Source: a virus. From it: a stretch of DNA of 64,000 nucleotides. The position numbers were made by a program, and so were the translations under genes. This document shows, one piece after another, positions 9,161 to 17,845 of the stretch (its first letter is position 1; each line of letters opens with the position of its first letter). The notes under the pieces are model-generated. The model was given only the letters and a program-made list of their open reading frames with translations, was not told the origin of the DNA and did no database searches. The DNA is taken from IMG/VR virus record IMGVR_UViG_3300049491_000418, positions 1 to 64,000 of that record; one strand, written 5' to 3'.

Positions 9161-10723
9161 ATGAGTACTCAAACAATCCCAGGACTAGTTGGGTTTACCT
9201 ACGCCAGGGTGGCGTCAATGGACAAACGTGCTGTTGGTAAACTCACTGACTCTAATCACTTAGAGTCATTTCACTCAACAGAGCCAGCGGACTATGATAA
9301 AAAAATCATCAGTCTGTATACACAAAGTTCATTGTATAGCAATGACTTTCTGGACATGATCAACAAAAGCACCCCTTTCTACATTGACAACAACAGTGAT
9401 GCATGGAAATGGGACATTGCAGTGCCTTATAAATTCCCAAAAATTATTGACATTCCTGTTACCACTCAGAACTTAATTGTTTCTGGTAAAGTAGGTATTG
9501 ATGGTCAAGAATTTCAGTTGGTATTAGATACCAATGAATTCTCTAAAAATGCTATCATTTCAGTGGGAACACGTCAATATGGGCCAAGATTCTACGTAAT
9601 CAAAGATCCACTACCATGGAACAACGGTTGGTTATATTCATTCACTTTGGTTTCTACAAACCCTAGAGTTGATTTTGTTAACCCAACATTCTTGAAAATT
9701 GGTATTGACTTAGAACTTGTAGATGCTGCTATTGGAGAGTTTGATCAAGATCTATTGGGTCTACCAAGATTGGGTGAGAAAATCACCATGTTTGAATCTC
9801 TAAGTTCTGCTTATGGTTTTGAACACAAAATCACTGAGTGGGCTGATGATAGAATGATGAAGGATGCTGACGGTAAGTCTTTAGATATCTTAGTTTATGC
9901 ACCTCAAAGACGTGGCCAATTACCTTTAACACGTAATGATGTTAAATGGGAGCCATTTATTGAGTTCATGATGAGAAAATCAATGTTGGAGCTTAAAGTT
10001 AAACGTATGATCTGGTCTCAACCAGGTACAGTTAAAACTGGCGGTGGAAAACAAGAAGTTAAACGTGTATCTGCAGGTGTTTACTACAGAATGCGTAACA
10101 ATGGAAACTTAGTACAGTATAACAGAGGAGAATTCAACGCAAACCTTTTGCGCTCTGTATTCGGAGATTTGTTCTACAGACGTGTGGATGTAAAAGACAG
10201 ACGTGTTAAAATGTACACCAATGAAGCAGGTTTTGATGTTTTCCAACAAGCACTTAAAACAGATGCTCTTAATTCTGGTCTTACATTTGTTGCAGACTCT
10301 GGAAACAGATACATGCAAGGTGAAGGACAACACATCACTTACAACTTTGCTTTTGACTCAATGGTTACCAGAGAAACTGGTAAAATTGAATTGATTCACT
10401 TGAAAGAGTTGGATTTACCACAAACTAATCTTGAATTTGGACAAAACAAAAAATCAACACCAGTATTCTTTGTGTTTGATGTTTCTCCTATGTCTGATGG
10501 TTCAATGGTAAACAATATCCGTGAGGTGAGAATGAAAGGTGCTCCTTCAATGACTTGGGGTTATATTGATGGTACAAGACACCACTTAGGTTTTGCTAAA
10601 TCTCAAGGAATGTCTTCTGCTAACAAGTTCCCTGGGTATGAGTTATGGATGAAAGATAGATGTGACGTATTCATTGAAGACTTGTCTAGAACAGTCTTGA
10701 TTGAAGAAATCCCTCAATTCTAA
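9161..10723 (+). CDS. Major capsid protein
   Basis: 520 aa in the canonical position after portal and scaffold; codon usage of a highly expressed gene (CGT, AAC, TTC, ATC enriched); followed by a strong hairpin. Confidence 0.88.
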   Translation: MSTQTIPGLVGFTYARVASMDKRAVGKLTDSNHLESFHSTEPADYDKKIISLYTQSSLYSNDFLDMINKSTPFYIDNNSDAWKWDIAVPYKFPKIIDIPVTTQNLIVSGKVGIDGQEFQLVLDTNEFSKNAIISVGTRQYGPRFYVIKDPLPWNNGWLYSFTLVSTNPRVDFVNPTFLKIGIDLELVDAAIGEFDQDLLGLPRLGEKITMFESLSSAYGFEHKITEWADDRMMKDADGKSLDILVYAPQRRGQLPLTRNDVKWEPFIEFMMRKSMLELKVKRMIWSQPGTVKTGGGKQEVKRVSAGVYYRMRNNGNLVQYNRGEFNANLLRSVFGDLFYRRVDVKDRRVKMYTNEAGFDVFQQALKTDALNSGLTFVADSGNRYMQGEGQHITYNFAFDSMVTRETGKIELIHLKELDLPQTNLEFGQNKKSTPVFFVFDVSPMSDGSMVNNIREVRMKGAPSMTWGYIDGTRHHLGFAKSQGMSSANKFPGYELWMKDRCDVFIEDLSRTVLIEEIPQF

Positions 10724-10742
10724 GAATAAAATAGAGACTGAT

Positions 10743-10786
10743 CCCCCTTCCTAACCACTCTCTCCCACAGGGAGGGGGTTTCTTTC
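10743..10786 (+). terminator. GC-rich stem-loop/terminator after MCP
   Basis: CCCCCTTCCT (10743-10752) pairs with AGGGAGGGGG (10769-10778), followed by TTTCTTT. Confidence 0.6.
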
Positions 10787-10856
10787 TCAACTGATGTCAG
10801 TTTGCTGTGGCCTTCAATGGTGAACATCAACTAAACCAAATTAAAACAACTAAATC

Positions 10857-11831
10857 ATGGGAAGTAATAAAGTAGGCAAGATATCTGTGCTTAGAAAAGA
10901 GTACAGTAGTGTAGAAATGCAAACAATGCAAGGAGGATTATCTCAGAAAGGCTTAACCAGAATTCCAGGTACTGGAGTTTTTAAGTTTCCTTATAAGGAA
11001 ATTGATGGTAAGTACAGAACTGGATTAGATCCAACAGCATCATATATACAGAGAATTCAGGATCCTCAGGAAAGAGAATTAGAAGTAGAAAGAGTAACTA
11101 ATCTAAGAGACAGGTTACAAAATGCATTAGGTGATATTGATCTTGGACCAAGAGCAACATATTGGAATTATGCTATGGCCAAGTCATCAGATGACTCTTC
11201 ACATGTTCAACCAGTAAAATTGTTGGATGGTGATAATTACTATGACTTGTCTATTCCCCATCAGGAAATTGCTTTTTCTTGGTTACGGGTACATCCAACC
11301 ATAGCATCTAGTCATGGAGCTTGGGAGCGTGGAGAATATCCTGCTGATACACAGTTTTATGTAGCAGATGAGGAAATTGAAAATGCAGTGATGTACAAGA
11401 AAAAACAACTTATCAACAAAGCTATTGTTAAGTTTGAATCTATGACAGTGGAGAAAAAACGTAAAGTGGCTAGGTTACTTGGGTTACCAGTAACTGAAGA
11501 TACTAAAGAGGAGGTTGTTTACAACCAAATTGATACCTTGTTGAAGAAAACTGAGTTTGATAAAGGTAAGTTTGCAGGATTAAGTCCTGTAGATATCTTT
11601 AATAGATTTGCTGATATGAAGGAGGATTTACTTACCGTAAAAGATTTAGTGAAACAAGCAATTGCTCATGCCATTTATAGAGTAAAACCTAATGGTAAAT
11701 TGTATGAAGGTGAATTTGAAGTTGCTGAAGATGAGGAAGAATTAGTGAAACAGCTGATTGATGACAACAACCAGGATTTACTAATGACTCTTCAAGGAAA
11801 ATTAAAAACTAAAAAGCTGGCCTCGGTATAA
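10857..11831 (+). CDS. Conserved crAss-like protein downstream of MCP (gene 75-like)
   Basis: 324 aa; synteny with the crAss-like capsid module. Confidence 0.6.
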   Translation: MGSNKVGKISVLRKEYSSVEMQTMQGGLSQKGLTRIPGTGVFKFPYKEIDGKYRTGLDPTASYIQRIQDPQERELEVERVTNLRDRLQNALGDIDLGPRATYWNYAMAKSSDDSSHVQPVKLLDGDNYYDLSIPHQEIAFSWLRVHPTIASSHGAWERGEYPADTQFYVADEEIENAVMYKKKQLINKAIVKFESMTVEKKRKVARLLGLPVTEDTKEEVVYNQIDTLLKKTEFDKGKFAGLSPVDIFNRFADMKEDLLTVKDLVKQAIAHAIYRVKPNGKLYEGEFEVAEDEEELVKQLIDDNNQDLLMTLQGKLKTKKLASV

Positions 11832-11857
11832 CCGAGGTTGGCTAAAATATAAAAGTT

Positions 11858-12589
11858 ATGATACCAGTAGATAGTTTATTGTACAAGATTGATCAAAAAC
11901 TAAATAAATTATCATCTAATACTCATCAACAAATTCCTTTAGAAGACAAGATTTTAGCACTCAATGAAGCTCAAATCAAATTGATAAAGCAAAAGGTTGA
12001 TGGTTTTAGTACAACTTCTGGTATGGGTATGGATTCTTTCAAGAAAAGATATGAGGATCTAGAAAGATTATCTGTTACCTATGAAAAAGGTAAACTTAAA
12101 TTGGAACTAGCTGACAAGACCATTAACAGATGGGCTGCTTCATTGGATCCATTGAGACCAGCATACATGCTTTATTTAGATAGTTATATCTTGGCTGATA
12201 AAGATAAGTGTAAAGACAAAATAATTTGGATTAACAAAGACCTTGCTAAGCATGGTGACTTACAGTTCTTACTTCTTAATGATAATTATAAACCCTCCTT
12301 TGAATATCAAGAGACATTTAATTGGATTTCTTCAGATGAAATTAGTATCTTTACAGATGGAACTTTCACTCCTAAAGATATTTACATAATGTTCCTAAGA
12401 TATCCAGTGTATATAGATAAGGAAGGATATATTAAACTAGATGGTAATCCATCAGAAGATGTAGATTGTGAATTAGAATTATATCTTGAGGATGAGTTGC
12501 TTGATTTAACTGTGTTAAATCTTGCTGAGTATATGGAGAATCAAGCAGCAGTACAATCTTCTCAAATGAGAATCCAAACAAATGAATAA
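11858..12589 (+). CDS. Tail ring/adaptor protein (gene 74-like)
   Basis: LNEAQIKLIK...KRYEDLERL...FLRYP...CEL...DELLDLTV pattern of podoviral ring/adaptor proteins; synteny. Confidence 0.65.
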   Translation: MIPVDSLLYKIDQKLNKLSSNTHQQIPLEDKILALNEAQIKLIKQKVDGFSTTSGMGMDSFKKRYEDLERLSVTYEKGKLKLELADKTINRWAASLDPLRPAYMLYLDSYILADKDKCKDKIIWINKDLAKHGDLQFLLLNDNYKPSFEYQETFNWISSDEISIFTDGTFTPKDIYIMFLRYPVYIDKEGYIKLDGNPSEDVDCELELYLEDELLDLTVLNLAEYMENQAAVQSSQMRIQTNE

Positions 12590-12613
12590 GTAAACAATTA
12601 AAAACAAAATAAG

Positions 12614-13792
12614 ATGGCAGATTTTTCTATAACCACGCTCTTCGTAGTCCCTACTGGAACCACAACACTTCCTGCCTCAGGAAGCACACAGGACCTAGGT
12701 GCAGGAGCTTTCGGGTTTTTCAGAAATGACTACACTGTAGCTACAGCAGCTAACGTTGCAGCAGCTCCTTATTTCTACATTGCTCAAGGAAGACAAAATT
12801 CCTATTTGCAAGGAAGTAAGAGATCAGACAAGATTAAGGGATGCCCAACAGCAAACTGTAACTCTAACATCACTGAATTTTACAAAGTGGTAGGTTGTCC
12901 TACAGCAGCTGTACAAATTACTGATGTGTCTAACTGGACCGTACAATGCGGAGATGTTGTAACATTGACTCTTAGAGCTCACTCAAGCTACATTGATACA
13001 TTGTATTTCAATGGATTAACAAGATCAGTAACTGTTCAAGCACCTTGTTGTGATTGTGGAGCAGATCCTTGTGCTGATGTTGATGCTCAAGCATTAGTAG
13101 ATGCATTTATCTACAAATTACAACAACAAGCTCCAGGGAACAATCCTGATAATTCTTCTTTGAATAATTATTTTACATTCCAAAGAATTGGATCAGGTGC
13201 AGCTTCAATCTTAAGAATTACTGGAAAACCTTTAACAAAATATGGAGTACCATGTGATGTTGCTGCTTTCCCACATGAATATGATAGAATGTGGTTTAGA
13301 ACCTTTGTTTATGAAGGTCCTGCTACTACTGCAGATTTCATTGTAAATGATTCTTGTAATGAAGTAGCTGATGCTACCATTGTTCAAAGATCTTCTTATC
13401 CTACAGGAACTTCAGAAGAGATTAGACAATTGGAAAAAAACTATTACAGTTATCAAGCTGGATACCTAAAACATTTATACAGAATGGCAGGGTATAATCA
13501 AAACTTTGAATCATACGTGGTTGATGGTGCTGCTTATACTACTTACTACTTGAAGTATAATGAGATAGACAAAACAGCTTACAATTGGGGTGATTACATT
13601 CCAGAGGATCAAATGTCTATTATTGCAATCAATAATGCTGATGCAGCTTTGATTACTTTAGTTGATGCTTTCCTTGTGGCTGCCTTAGGTGCTACTGCTT
13701 CTGTTGCAATCAATGCTTGTATTACTACAACATCAACTACAACAGCAGCTCCTCCTGCAACAACAACAACAACTTCTACGCTTATTCCTTAA
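12614..13792 (+). CDS. Auxiliary capsid (cement/decoration) protein with C-terminal Thr-rich tail (gene 73-like)
   Basis: Synteny; high-expression codon usage in the 5' part; own downstream terminator; Cys-rich; ends CITTTSTTTAAPPATTTTTSTLIP. Confidence 0.65.
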   Translation: MADFSITTLFVVPTGTTTLPASGSTQDLGAGAFGFFRNDYTVATAANVAAAPYFYIAQGRQNSYLQGSKRSDKIKGCPTANCNSNITEFYKVVGCPTAAVQITDVSNWTVQCGDVVTLTLRAHSSYIDTLYFNGLTRSVTVQAPCCDCGADPCADVDAQALVDAFIYKLQQQAPGNNPDNSSLNNYFTFQRIGSGAASILRITGKPLTKYGVPCDVAAFPHEYDRMWFRTFVYEGPATTADFIVNDSCNEVADATIVQRSSYPTGTSEEIRQLEKNYYSYQAGYLKHLYRMAGYNQNFESYVVDGAAYTTYYLKYNEIDKTAYNWGDYIPEDQMSIIAINNADAALITLVDAFLVAALGATASVAINACITTTSTTTAAPPATTTTTSTLIP

Positions 13793-13812
13793 GAAAGAAG
13801 TAATGTATAACC

Positions 13813-13861
13813 AAATACCAGAGGTATGAGAGGATTCTCTGTCCTCTGGTATTTTTATTTT
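13813..13861 (+). terminator. Rho-independent terminator
   Basis: 12-bp stem AAATACCAGAGG (13813-13824) / CCTCTGGTATTT (13843-13854), followed by a T-rich run. Confidence 0.75.
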
Positions 13862-13868
13862 AAACAAG

Positions 13869-14432
13869 ATGGCTGTACTCAATTTAAAAATAGTTGTTCT
13901 TAGTACTCATGATGTTGAGTCAATAAATGTAGTGGATGCTTCAACATATCCTGATGAACCCCCTGTAGTAACTACTCCTATTTTGTTAGCTACTGCTCCT
14001 GGATTTAATCCAGTGTCTATTCCTTTTAATGTACAAGGTTATAACATACTTACTTCTGATTTATTAGGAATAACTGAAGCAGGTGAGTATCAACCTCTAC
14101 CAGATGGTATATATTACTTTAGTTATTCTATTTTTCCTTCTTCAGAAAACTTTACAGAAATAACTATTATGAGAGTAGATAAGTTACAGGAGAAGTTTGA
14201 TAGTGCTTTTATGACTTTAGATATGATGGTTTGTGATCAAGCTATTAAAACACAAGCTAAAGTAAATCTTAATACAATATATCTATTAATTCAAGGAGCT
14301 ATAGCAGCTGGTAATAATTGTGCTCTTATAGAAGCTAATAAGCTTTATGATAAAGCTTCAGCTATGCTAGATACAATGCTTAATAAGAATTGTGGATGTA
14401 CAGGTAATAATTTCATTGTAAACTATAACTAA
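13869..14432 (+). CDS. Putative tail hub/fibre-attachment protein
   Basis: Ig-like N-half with LPDGIYYFSYSI, helical Cys-containing C-half; lies between the auxiliary capsid gene and the fibres. Confidence 0.5.
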   Translation: MAVLNLKIVVLSTHDVESINVVDASTYPDEPPVVTTPILLATAPGFNPVSIPFNVQGYNILTSDLLGITEAGEYQPLPDGIYYFSYSIFPSSENFTEITIMRVDKLQEKFDSAFMTLDMMVCDQAIKTQAKVNLNTIYLLIQGAIAAGNNCALIEANKLYDKASAMLDTMLNKNCGCTGNNFIVNYN

Positions 14433-14433
14433 A

Positions 14434-14568
14434 ATGGCAACATGTGCAAAGTGCGGGGTAAGTGTGGGCTGTGGTTGTCAACTGACAAATGGATTATGTC
14501 CTGCATGTGTAAATAAGCAACAACAACAACCTAAACAAGATGTTAGCACCGAAAATAACAAAGTGTGA
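14434..14568 (+). CDS. Tiny Cys-rich protein (44 aa, 6 Cys), not in the ORF track
   Basis: MATCAKCGVSVGCGCQLTNGLCPACVNKQQQQPKQDVSTENNKV*; starts 2 nt after the previous stop. Confidence 0.65.
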   Translation: MATCAKCGVSVGCGCQLTNGLCPACVNKQQQQPKQDVSTENNKV

Positions 14569-14806
14569 GGAGTGCTCAGATATTTTACCATTAATTTCTG
14601 ATATTAATTGCAAAATATTTGAATTAAGCAAAAAACTATACAATAATATTGTATTCTCCTTAAATTTACATATAGATTATATAGCTATACAGGATTTACT
14701 TCATTATAAGAGAATTCTTGAGTATAAGCTTATAAATTCTAAGTATGCTGGTGATTATAGTGTAAATATGATAGCTACTAAAGTAAAACTTTTAAAATAT
14801 AAATAA
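14540..14806 (+). CDS. Small structural protein, putative second tail hub subunit
   Basis: 88-aa helical ORF in the tail module; function from synteny only. Confidence 0.45.
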   Translation: MLAPKITKCEECSDILPLISDINCKIFELSKKLYNNIVFSLNLHIDYIAIQDLLHYKRILEYKLINSKYAGDYSVNMIATKVKLLKYK

Positions 14807-14807
14807 G

Positions 14808-16730
14808 ATGGGATGCTGTAATAGTTCTAGTTCAGATCAAATAATTTATACAGGACCTACCTTAACCTGTATACCTCTGGCTACAAATGATAACCTTACA
14901 CTTGCTCTACAAAGAATTAATGAGAATTTTTGTTATTTACAACCAACAGATCCTCCTCCTTTAGATAAAATAAATGAAGGAAATGGGTTAGGTATTATAA
15001 TTAGAGGTAGAACATCTGCAAATTATGGTAATATTGGTTTAAATGCAGTAGATTTATCTTTTAATTCATCAGCTTCATCTACTACAGGAGCTACAGGATT
15101 AAGAGCATTTGCATCAGGATTTGAAACAATAGCAAGTGGTGAAAATGCAACTGCTTCAGGATGGGGAGCAGAAGCTACTGGTTTATCTTCAAATGCTGAA
15201 GGTATGTTTACAAGAGCTTATGGTAATGATGGTTCTCATGCAGAAGGCTATGACACTGAAGCTAGTGGTGAAAATGCACATGCAGAAGGTAATGGCACTA
15301 CAGCTAGTGGAAATGCTGCTCATGCAGAAGGAGGGGCTACAGAAGCAAGTGGTAGGTCATCTCACGCAGAGGGAGAGAGTACGTATGCAGAAGGTATAGC
15401 TTCTCATGTTGGAGGTACTTATTCTACAGCACAGGGAGATTATTCTTTTGCTAGGGGTACTAGTGTTACTGCATTAGGAAAGAATTCATTTGCACATGGA
15501 CAGACCTTAACATCATATTCTTTTGATGAAGCTGTGTTTGGAGCTTTTAATACAGACTATATACCTTTATCTGCAACTAGTTGGCAACCAACTGATAGAT
15601 TATTTGTAGTAGGGAATGGAGTAGCTACAGGCTCACAATCAGATGCAATGATTATATTAAAAAATGGTTTAGCTACTTTGCCTTCTGTTACTAATGCTTT
15701 AATAGCAGCAGGTTCAACTAAATCAATAGTAACTAGAGAGTATCTTGAGGCTAATATGGCAGTCACACCAGATGCTACAGCTGCTGTAAAAGGTAAATTA
15801 AAACTAACTAATGATTTAGGAGGTACTGCTGATTTACCAACTACTCCTACCGCACTGCATAAAACAACTAATGAATCTTGGACAGGAATTAAAAGTACTA
15901 CAAATACAGGTAGTGGATTAAATAATGGTCTTAAATTAATTAATAATGCTAATTTTGGTGGTAGTGCAATAGTAGATATTGAATGTAATGGAAATCACCC
16001 AGGAATACTTATTGTAGGGGATACTCCTTCATTTAGATTAATAGACCTTAGAACTAGTGCTACAGATTTTGGACCGTCAGCTTTATCTGTTACTATTGAT
16101 CCTGGATCTAATTCAAATGGTATAGAAATAAGTAATAATGGAAATATAGAAGCATTAAATATAGCAAGCTTTGGTAGTGCTGACTCTATTTATTCAGCAG
16201 CTATTAACGGGGATGCTATTACTTCTATAATAGGTATTGGTGACACAAATGGAACAGGATTTACATATGTTGGAAAGAATTATACAAACACTACTTTTAC
16301 TGTAAGTAAACTAGGAGCTATAACTGCTTCTGGTAATTTTCTTTCTACTGGTACGAATAATCAAATTATGGTTACTAATGGTGGAGGTGAAGGAGTAAGA
16401 ATGGGGGCATGTAGTAATAATGATGCTTTTCTTACAGGTTCAGTAACTGGAGACGGAGTTCTTATAGCACATCAAAAATTATTCTTAGCTGTAGGATTTG
16501 GAAGTATTCCAGTAGCATATACAGAAGCTGGTAATTTAGGAGTTGGAGTATATAACCCAACAGCTAAAGTAGATATAGCTCCAAGTTTATCAACTGCTGC
16601 TTCAATAAGAATAAGACAAGGAGTTGCACCAACTTCTCCTAATGATGGAGATATGTGGCTAGAAGACAATAGTTTAACTGGTCTTAAAATAAGGATAAAT
16701 GGAGTAACTAGAACTGTAAATCTAACTTAA
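14808..16730 (+). CDS. Tail fibre/adhesin with YadA-head-like (Hep/Hag) repeats
   Basis: N-terminal Cys anchor (YTGPTLTC); ~14-aa (S/A)HAEG repeats at about 15110-15510; DATAAVKGKLKL fibre repeat; GNLGVG motif. Confidence 0.8.
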   Translation: MGCCNSSSSDQIIYTGPTLTCIPLATNDNLTLALQRINENFCYLQPTDPPPLDKINEGNGLGIIIRGRTSANYGNIGLNAVDLSFNSSASSTTGATGLRAFASGFETIASGENATASGWGAEATGLSSNAEGMFTRAYGNDGSHAEGYDTEASGENAHAEGNGTTASGNAAHAEGGATEASGRSSHAEGESTYAEGIASHVGGTYSTAQGDYSFARGTSVTALGKNSFAHGQTLTSYSFDEAVFGAFNTDYIPLSATSWQPTDRLFVVGNGVATGSQSDAMIILKNGLATLPSVTNALIAAGSTKSIVTREYLEANMAVTPDATAAVKGKLKLTNDLGGTADLPTTPTALHKTTNESWTGIKSTTNTGSGLNNGLKLINNANFGGSAIVDIECNGNHPGILIVGDTPSFRLIDLRTSATDFGPSALSVTIDPGSNSNGIEISNNGNIEALNIASFGSADSIYSAAINGDAITSIIGIGDTNGTGFTYVGKNYTNTTFTVSKLGAITASGNFLSTGTNNQIMVTNGGGEGVRMGACSNNDAFLTGSVTGDGVLIAHQKLFLAVGFGSIPVAYTEAGNLGVGVYNPTAKVDIAPSLSTAASIRIRQGVAPTSPNDGDMWLEDNSLTGLKIRINGVTRTVNLT

Positions 16731-16760
16731 AAATAAAATATTAATTTTAAAATATCTAAA

Positions 16761-17834
16761 ATGGGCTGTTCAAACTGTTTTAATGGTTGCGCTGATATAG
16801 TGTCTGACCAATGCGTAAAATATACAGGAGTAGATATTCCTGGATTAGGTATATCTTCAGGAGATAGTCTTCTTACTGTAGAGAATCAAATTATAAATAA
16901 GATTCTAGAACTTATGACAGGAGAAGGAACTATACCTGTTATTGAGCCAACAGATCTGTGTCCTTTAGTTTCTAGTTTTTTACCTGTCTCAGGACCAATT
17001 ACTCTGAATGATGTGATTTCTGCATTGTTTAGATCAGTATGTGCCCTTGATGCAAGATTAAACATTGTTGAGGATTCCTTAGCTAGTTTAAATGCTAATT
17101 ATGTTATTAGTTGTTTATCAGGAGTTACCGTAGATTCAGATACTCATGCAATACTTCAAGCTACAATAGATAAACTATGTATTGTTGATACAGATGTAAC
17201 ATTACTTGCTGCTGATTTAGCTACTAATTATGTACTTATATCTGAAATAGATAACTATATAGCTGCTTATATAGCAAGTATTCCATCTTCTTCATTATAT
17301 AATAGTAGAATGGTTCCTTATACTGCTGTACCATACTTTGGATCAACAGTAGGTTTCTTTGATATAACAGGAGCAGGTATTGGTGACTGGGCAGATATTT
17401 ATTTATGTAATGGTCAAAACAGTACTCCTGACTTAAGAGGAAGAGCACTTGTTGGAAATACTACTATGGGTAATACTCCTTTTAATCCAATAGTAGACCC
17501 AGGAATAGCAGGTAACCCTACTTATACTCAAAATTCTACCTTTGGTGCCAATCAGGTACCTCTAGATAATATTTCACAATTACCCCCTCACTCACATACA
17601 GCTACAGCTATAGTAAGTCCTGATCCTCATACACATACTTTTGCTAATACAAAATTAGCCATTCCTAAATATGAAGCAGGTAATGACTATTATCCTGCAG
17701 AGATAGACTCTACAGGAACTACAGGAGGCACATCTTTAAGTGTAGCAGTTACAGTGGGAACAACAGGAGCAGGAACACCCCATCTTAACATACAACCAGT
17801 CTGGGCAACAAATTATATTATCTATATACCTTAA
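16761..17834 (+). CDS. Tail fibre with phage tail-collar domain
   Basis: W...LCNGQNSTPDLRGRALVG tail-collar motif; LPPHSH and HTH His motifs; C-terminal PHLNIQPVWATNYII. Confidence 0.8.
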   Translation: MGCSNCFNGCADIVSDQCVKYTGVDIPGLGISSGDSLLTVENQIINKILELMTGEGTIPVIEPTDLCPLVSSFLPVSGPITLNDVISALFRSVCALDARLNIVEDSLASLNANYVISCLSGVTVDSDTHAILQATIDKLCIVDTDVTLLAADLATNYVLISEIDNYIAAYIASIPSSSLYNSRMVPYTAVPYFGSTVGFFDITGAGIGDWADIYLCNGQNSTPDLRGRALVGNTTMGNTPFNPIVDPGIAGNPTYTQNSTFGANQVPLDNISQLPPHSHTATAIVSPDPHTHTFANTKLAIPKYEAGNDYYPAEIDSTGTTGGTSLSVAVTVGTTGAGTPHLNIQPVWATNYIIYIP

Positions 17835-17845
17835 TACTTTTTATA

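Noticed and set aside
3149-10723. Introns or inteins in terL, portal or MCP (common in some crAss-like clades)
   Set aside because: The genes are uninterrupted and of normal length; I saw no intein splice motifs or embedded endonucleases.
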